In this document: piece by piece, positions 59,860 to 64,000 of the stretch
How positions within the stretch are numbered: position 1 is the stretch's first letter
Layout of the letters: every line of letters begins with the position of its first letter
From: an uncultured Bacteroidales bacterium
GTDB taxonomy: Bacteria; Bacteroidota; Bacteroidia; Bacteroidales; CAIXZF01
DNA: 64,000 nt
Assembly (NCBI GenBank): GCA_964605655.1
Contig: CAZSDK010000016.1
Coordinates: 27,455-91,454 of the forward strand
Reading direction: 5' to 3'
Position numbers and translations under genes: made by a program
Notes under the pieces: model-generated
The model's database searches: none
What the model saw: only the letters and a program-made list of their open reading frames with translations
What the model was told of the DNA's origin: nothing

Positions 59860-60901
59860 GATACGGAAAATTGATCAAAACGGTGAACTGTTCATGGTCT
59901 TTGACGGTGTTCATCAGGTTGTGCTGTTTATAAACGGTGGCCAGTCTTTTCCTCACATTCAGCAGTCCCATGCCGGTCCCTTTTCTCTGTACGACATCGG
60001 GATCAAAAGCATTCACGATCCGGACCGTCATCATCCCGCTTTCTTCTTTACCGGCATGGACCAGGAGACCTGCCGGAGCAGTGGCCTCATATAACCCGTG
60101 CTTTACGGCGTTTTCAATGATGGGTTGAAGGATCATGGCAGGAACAGGCCAGGCTTTGCATTCTTCACAGATATCGTACTCCACCTTTAACTTTTCACCA
60201 AAGCGGATCTTCTCAATGTCGAGGAAAAGACGGATATGATACAATTCTTTCTCCAGGGTGCTCATGGTCTCTCCCTGGTAGGTAAGTGAATACCTCATGA
60301 AATCAGATAGCTTGATGATCATCTCATGGGCGCGGGCAGGGTCGGTAAGCGTGAGGGCACTGATGGAGTTCAGGCTGTTAAACAGAAAGTGTGGCCTGAT
60401 CTGTGATCGAAGCATATTCAATTCAGCTTCCCTGAGCTGTCCGGTGAGCTGTTCTTCGTACTCCTTTTTCTCCTTGAGTTGTCGGTTCTTGATCAGGAGG
60501 TAGAAAAGCGTGATCATGACACAATAGTACATGATCCCGGTAACGATGCGAATACTGAGCGTCGCGTTCAGGAAAGAAAGATAAACATTGTCATCCTCAT
60601 ACAGGGTATTCAAAAGATAATCGGATACACCAGTCCATACCAACAGGAAAGCCGCGCCCATCGTCACCTGGCGGATCAGCTCCTCCCATCCCGAGCGGGC
60701 ATCGTTGACCGTATATTCCACGATGAACCACAGGCCAACGCCCATCATGCAAAAGATCGTGTTAAAGATCAGGCTGTCGGAAAGTGCCTGCATCATGGCC
60801 AGGTCATAAAGGTTACTCAACAATAGAAAATGACCTGCCGCGATGGTGGTCCAAAGCAGCAGGTAAATGAGAATAACCTGGTAACGAAAACCCCTGATCA
60901 T
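59852..60901 (-). CDS. LytS/YehU-type sensor histidine kinase
   Basis: Several N-terminal TM helices, LRSQIRPHFLFNSLNSI, LQPIIENAVKHG, G.GMGL.NV. Confidence 0.93.
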   Translation of the reverse strand: MIRGFRYQVILIYLLLWTTIAAGHFLLLSNLYDLAMMQALSDSLIFNTIFCMMGVGLWFIVEYTVNDARSGWEELIRQVTMGAAFLLVWTGVSDYLLNTLYEDDNVYLSFLNATLSIRIVTGIMYYCVMITLFYLLIKNRQLKEKKEYEEQLTGQLREAELNMLRSQIRPHFLFNSLNSISALTLTDPARAHEMIIKLSDFMRYSLTYQGETMSTLEKELYHIRLFLDIEKIRFGEKLKVEYDICEECKAWPVPAMILQPIIENAVKHGLYEATAPAGLLVHAGKEESGMMTVRIVNAFDPDVVQRKGTGMGLLNVRKRLATVYKQHNLMNTVKDHEQFTVLINFPYHG

Positions 60902-60915
60902 AATTAATACTGAGC

Positions 60916-61632
60916 TTAAAAGCTTTTAACTTCTCCTCCTCCAAAAATGGTTACACCCCTGATGATCAGAGTTTTAGTATGATCGACCGGAGCAAGGTTG
61001 CGCTTGTCGGAAACGCCTCCGAAAACATGCACTACCTCCATTTTCACATTCCATTCGGGGGGAACGATCAGGGTCACCCCTCCGAATAAGCACACAATTT
61101 CTATCTCAGCAGATTCAGAAAGAAACTGGGCCTGTAACATATTGAGTTTGACCCCTCCGAATACGGCCACCACCCTGCCTCCTTTAAAATGAGGCGTGGA
61201 GATGAATTTTTCTACGCCTCCAAACACGGCCACATCTTCGAAAAAGTCGTCTGACGACTGCATCTGGTTCAGCCTCCTTCGCCTGCAATGAGTGAAGTTA
61301 CCGAACATCAGCACCAGGCCGGCCAGGATGATGATCGCAGGCCAGAAGAGTTTTGAAAAGGAAAACTGAATATCGAAAATATGAGGCAGCAAAAATGCTC
61401 CTCCCACGGCGATCAGGATCACTCCTAAGCCCTTGTTCCTGTCGAAAAGGTTGATGACACCAATGGCAATCAGCAACATTTCCCATGAGAAGAAAACATG
61501 GAACACCTCTTCCGGCATCAGCTTCATGTTCCTTAAAAGAAGGATGACGCCAAAGGCCAGAATGATGAGGCCGAATACACCTGATTTGAGTTTAAATTGT
61601 CTTTTTGGACGCGGGTCCTCCTGGATTTCCAT
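60916..61632 (-). CDS. LiaF/DUF5668-like membrane protein
   Basis: Four TM helices (SWEMLLIAIG, FWPAIII), then VFGG repeats (AVFGGV.L, CLFGGVTL.VP.EW). Confidence 0.88.
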   Translation of the reverse strand: MEIQEDPRPKRQFKLKSGVFGLIILAFGVILLLRNMKLMPEEVFHVFFSWEMLLIAIGVINLFDRNKGLGVILIAVGGAFLLPHIFDIQFSFSKLFWPAIIILAGLVLMFGNFTHCRRRRLNQMQSSDDFFEDVAVFGGVEKFISTPHFKGGRVVAVFGGVKLNMLQAQFLSESAEIEIVCLFGGVTLIVPPEWNVKMEVVHVFGGVSDKRNLAPVDHTKTLIIRGVTIFGGGEVKSF

Positions 61633-61676
61633 AGTATTTATAATTTTAAATGGACGAGGCCATTGTGTTGATGGGG

Positions 61677-61743
61677 CAAAATTAAACCTGCATTAGCCCC
61701 CCGGAAAGGACATTTCGGTAAACAACGGTTATTTACCGGTAAA
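61677..61743 (-). promoter_or_regulatory. Putative LytTR operator (two 9-bp direct repeats, 21-bp period) upstream of a TAATTTTG promoter
   Basis: Minus strand: TTTACCGGT-N12-TTTACCGAA (61743-61714), then TAATTTTG at 61684-61677. Confidence 0.6.
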
Positions 61744-61748
61744 GAGGA

Positions 61749-62261
61749 TCAGGAGGTGTAAGCCGGGGTGCGGGCATCATTACGTTCCCACACTCTCCTG
61801 ATCACGGCTGCCAGATCTTCCGGCCTGCGGGTACCCAGCATCATCTTTTTCCCGTTCTTCAACTCAAGCATCAGTCCCATGTTCCCAGAGACGTTGTACA
61901 CCTTTCCTTTGGGTCCGTATTTCACTCCCCACCCGCCATAATCCCTGATGGGATGATACTTGATGACCATAGCTTTATCAACATCCTTCCAGGCAACTGT
62001 CTTCTGCCTTCGCAACAGCGGAAAATACGTGATCGTCAGGCTTTCATCAGTGATCTCCGTTTTCAGCCGGACCCAGAAAAACAATGCCAGCAGGGCCAAC
62101 AGGATCAAATTGATCAGGATCAATAACCACAGCGGATCCTTGGGATCCCTGAACACCCATACGGAAACCATGGAAAACAAAGTGACCGGCAAAATGCTGA
62201 TCCATAACCACCACTGCCTGAAATACTGTGTTTCTTTAAAAAGAGGATCGCTCGATTTCAT
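61749..62261 (-). CDS. DUF6141-like membrane protein (two TM helices plus PH-like domain)
   Basis: F.ETQYFRQWW, L.TEI.DE...I.YFP, Y.P..DYGGWG, GNMG..L; start moved to the ATG at 62261. Confidence 0.75.
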   Translation of the reverse strand: MKSSDPLFKETQYFRQWWLWISILPVTLFSMVSVWVFRDPKDPLWLLILINLILLALLALFFWVRLKTEITDESLTITYFPLLRRQKTVAWKDVDKAMVIKYHPIRDYGGWGVKYGPKGKVYNVSGNMGLMLELKNGKKMMLGTRRPEDLAAVIRRVWERNDARTPAYTS

Positions 62262-62401
62262 GGTTGCCGATATTTCAGTCAAAATTAAAAAGAAATAGTC
62301 AGCATCTCTGTGCTGGCTGATTTTCATTTCATCATTAAAAAGCTTGTTAATTTCATACCTTTGTTCTCCTTTTTGCGTTCAGATACTTAACTACCAGAAT
62401 T

Positions 62402-64000
62402 ATGAAAATGAGAACATTCAACGCTTTGGTTGGTATGTTGATCCTCATCCTCTTCAACCAGAGACCTTCTGCCCACGCTCAGAACATCCAGGAAGCTGTC
62501 CGTCTGACAGAAAGCGAACAATTTGAATCTGCCCGTGTCCGGTTTAACGACCTGATCAGACAGTTCCCCAACAATGCCGGCCTTCATTATTATGCGGGCG
62601 ATAATTTCTTACGTTCTTACCTGGCTGACACAGGCAATGTCGTGCTTAAAGACGTGTCGGATTCCGCCAACAGGCTCTTCCAGGCCGGCATTAAGGGTGA
62701 TCCACGTAACCCTTTGAACTACATTGGCCTTGCTAAGATGCATTTCATCAAGAAAGATACGGCCACAGCCAACAAATACCTGAAAGAAGCCTATGCCCTC
62801 CTTCCTCAGAAAAAAGATCCGAAACCTTACCTGACACCCAAAGAACATGGTCTGGCCCTGTCGGAGATCGGTGGTGCCATGCTCACCTCCCGCTACCGTG
62901 ATACCACGCATATCCTTCCTGTTCTCAGGCTGGCCAGAAAGCTCGATCCCCAGAACATGGAGACCTCCATCTTCATGGGCGATGCCTACATGATCGTCAA
63001 CGACGGCAGTGGTGCCATCCTGTGTTATAAGCAGGCGGCAAACATCAATCCCAAATCGGCCAAACCCATCATGAGGATAGGGAATCTGTGGACCAGGGCA
63101 AAAATGTGGTCCAATGCCCTCAACGAGTTTCGTGCTGCCCTGGAGATCGATTCCACCTTCGCTCCCGTTTACAAAGAACTGGGTGAAATGTATGCCAGGG
63201 TCGGGCAACATGAAAATGCCTCCGAATACTATAAGAAGTTCCTGGAGTTGTCGTACAACAATATCTCCGCCCGGATCAGCTATGCCAACTCTCTGATCAA
63301 CAGCAAACAATACAAAGAGGCCATTCCCGTGATCCTCGACATCATGAAGGCCGACAGCTCCCGCAACGACCTCAACCGTGCCCTCGCATACTCCTATTAT
63401 GAAAGCGGCCAGTACGACAAAGGACTGACCTATATGAAAAAGTTCTTCAGCAAGACCAGACCTGAAAAAATCATGATAAGCGACTACATCTATTACGGAC
63501 GGCTGCTGACCAAGAACAAAATGGACAGTCTGGCCATTCCGCAATTGCTGAAAGCCTGGGACCTCGATACCACCAACCTCGACATCCTGTCAGAACTGGG
63601 CACTTCCTATAATAAAGTGAAAGACTATTCATCCGCCCTTCAGACCTTCAACAAACTGGTCCGTATGAAGGAGACACCGGGCTATTACGATTATTACAAT
63701 TTGGGTAAGACCTATCTGAACCTTGCCCAGTATGAAAAGGCAGACACTATGTTCGCCAGGGTCAACGAGATGAAGCCGGATTATGTCCCTGCTTACTTCT
63801 GGAGGGCTTCCGCTAACGCCAGCCTTGACCCCGAGACCAAAGACGGAAGAGCTAAACCCTATTACGAAGCCCTCATTGAAAAGACCCTCTCTGATCCAGT
63901 GAAATACAACAAGGAGCTTATCACCGCCTACCAGTACCTGGGTTACTATTTTCTCAAGATGAAGGACTACCCCCAGTCAAAAGGGTACTACGAAAAGATT
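62402..64000 (+). CDS. Secreted TPR-repeat protein (partial, runs off the window end)
   Basis: MKMRTFNALVGMLILILFNQRPSAHAQNIQEAVRLTESEQFE..., with TPRs such as GDAYMIVNDGSGAILCYKQAANINP and APVYKELGEMY; TACCTTTG promoter at 62356-62363; absent from the ORF track because it has no stop codon in the window. Confidence 0.88.
   Translation, partial: MKMRTFNALVGMLILILFNQRPSAHAQNIQEAVRLTESEQFESARVRFNDLIRQFPNNAGLHYYAGDNFLRSYLADTGNVVLKDVSDSANRLFQAGIKGDPRNPLNYIGLAKMHFIKKDTATANKYLKEAYALLPQKKDPKPYLTPKEHGLALSEIGGAMLTSRYRDTTHILPVLRLARKLDPQNMETSIFMGDAYMIVNDGSGAILCYKQAANINPKSAKPIMRIGNLWTRAKMWSNALNEFRAALEIDSTFAPVYKELGEMYARVGQHENASEYYKKFLELSYNNISARISYANSLINSKQYKEAIPVILDIMKADSSRNDLNRALAYSYYESGQYDKGLTYMKKFFSKTRPEKIMISDYIYYGRLLTKNKMDSLAIPQLLKAWDLDTTNLDILSELGTSYNKVKDYSSALQTFNKLVRMKETPGYYDYYNLGKTYLNLAQYEKADTMFARVNEMKPDYVPAYFWRASANASLDPETKDGRAKPYYEALIEKTLSDPVKYNKELITAYQYLGYYFLKMKDYPQSKGYYEKI

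Noticed and set aside
62609-63544. 311-aa minus-strand ORF
   Set aside because: Antisense to the real plus-strand TPR gene starting at 62402

Overview
Chromosomal fragment of a Bacteroidota bacterium, probably an environmental Bacteroidales. The assignment rests on repeated TAnnTTTG -7 promoters, T9SS-type domains, DUF2795/DUF3078 genes and the Bacteroidota-style dcw order. No rRNA, intact tRNA, CRISPR array, integrase or transposase was seen. The left and central part (1-41 kb) is mostly housekeeping: an acyl-CoA carboxyltransferase/biotin-carrier pair, engB with amino-lipid acyltransferases, the dcw cluster mraZ-ftsZ-yqeY, secA, pduO, an MqnP-like prenyltransferase, mscL and OPT-pepT. It contains two oddities: the murD slot holds only a 182-aa C-terminal MurD domain, and a cysteine-less XdhA-like relic follows pepT. 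The 41-57 kb region is accessory and surface-related. Two roughly 1,060-aa Cys-rich Ig-repeat secreted proteins share a C-terminal dockerin-like module, lack any T9SS C-terminal signal and flank a DUF1684 gene; this is the best candidate for an undescribed system. They are followed by a GH38-like hydrolase, a FISUMP protein with an internal T9SS-CTD-like domain, a GC-mosaic CHU_C protein and an intergenic 8-bp-period repeat array. The right end carries a LiaF-LytS-LytTR operon with a candidate LytTR operator and a truncated TPR gene. All family assignments come from motif recognition by eye, not database searches.
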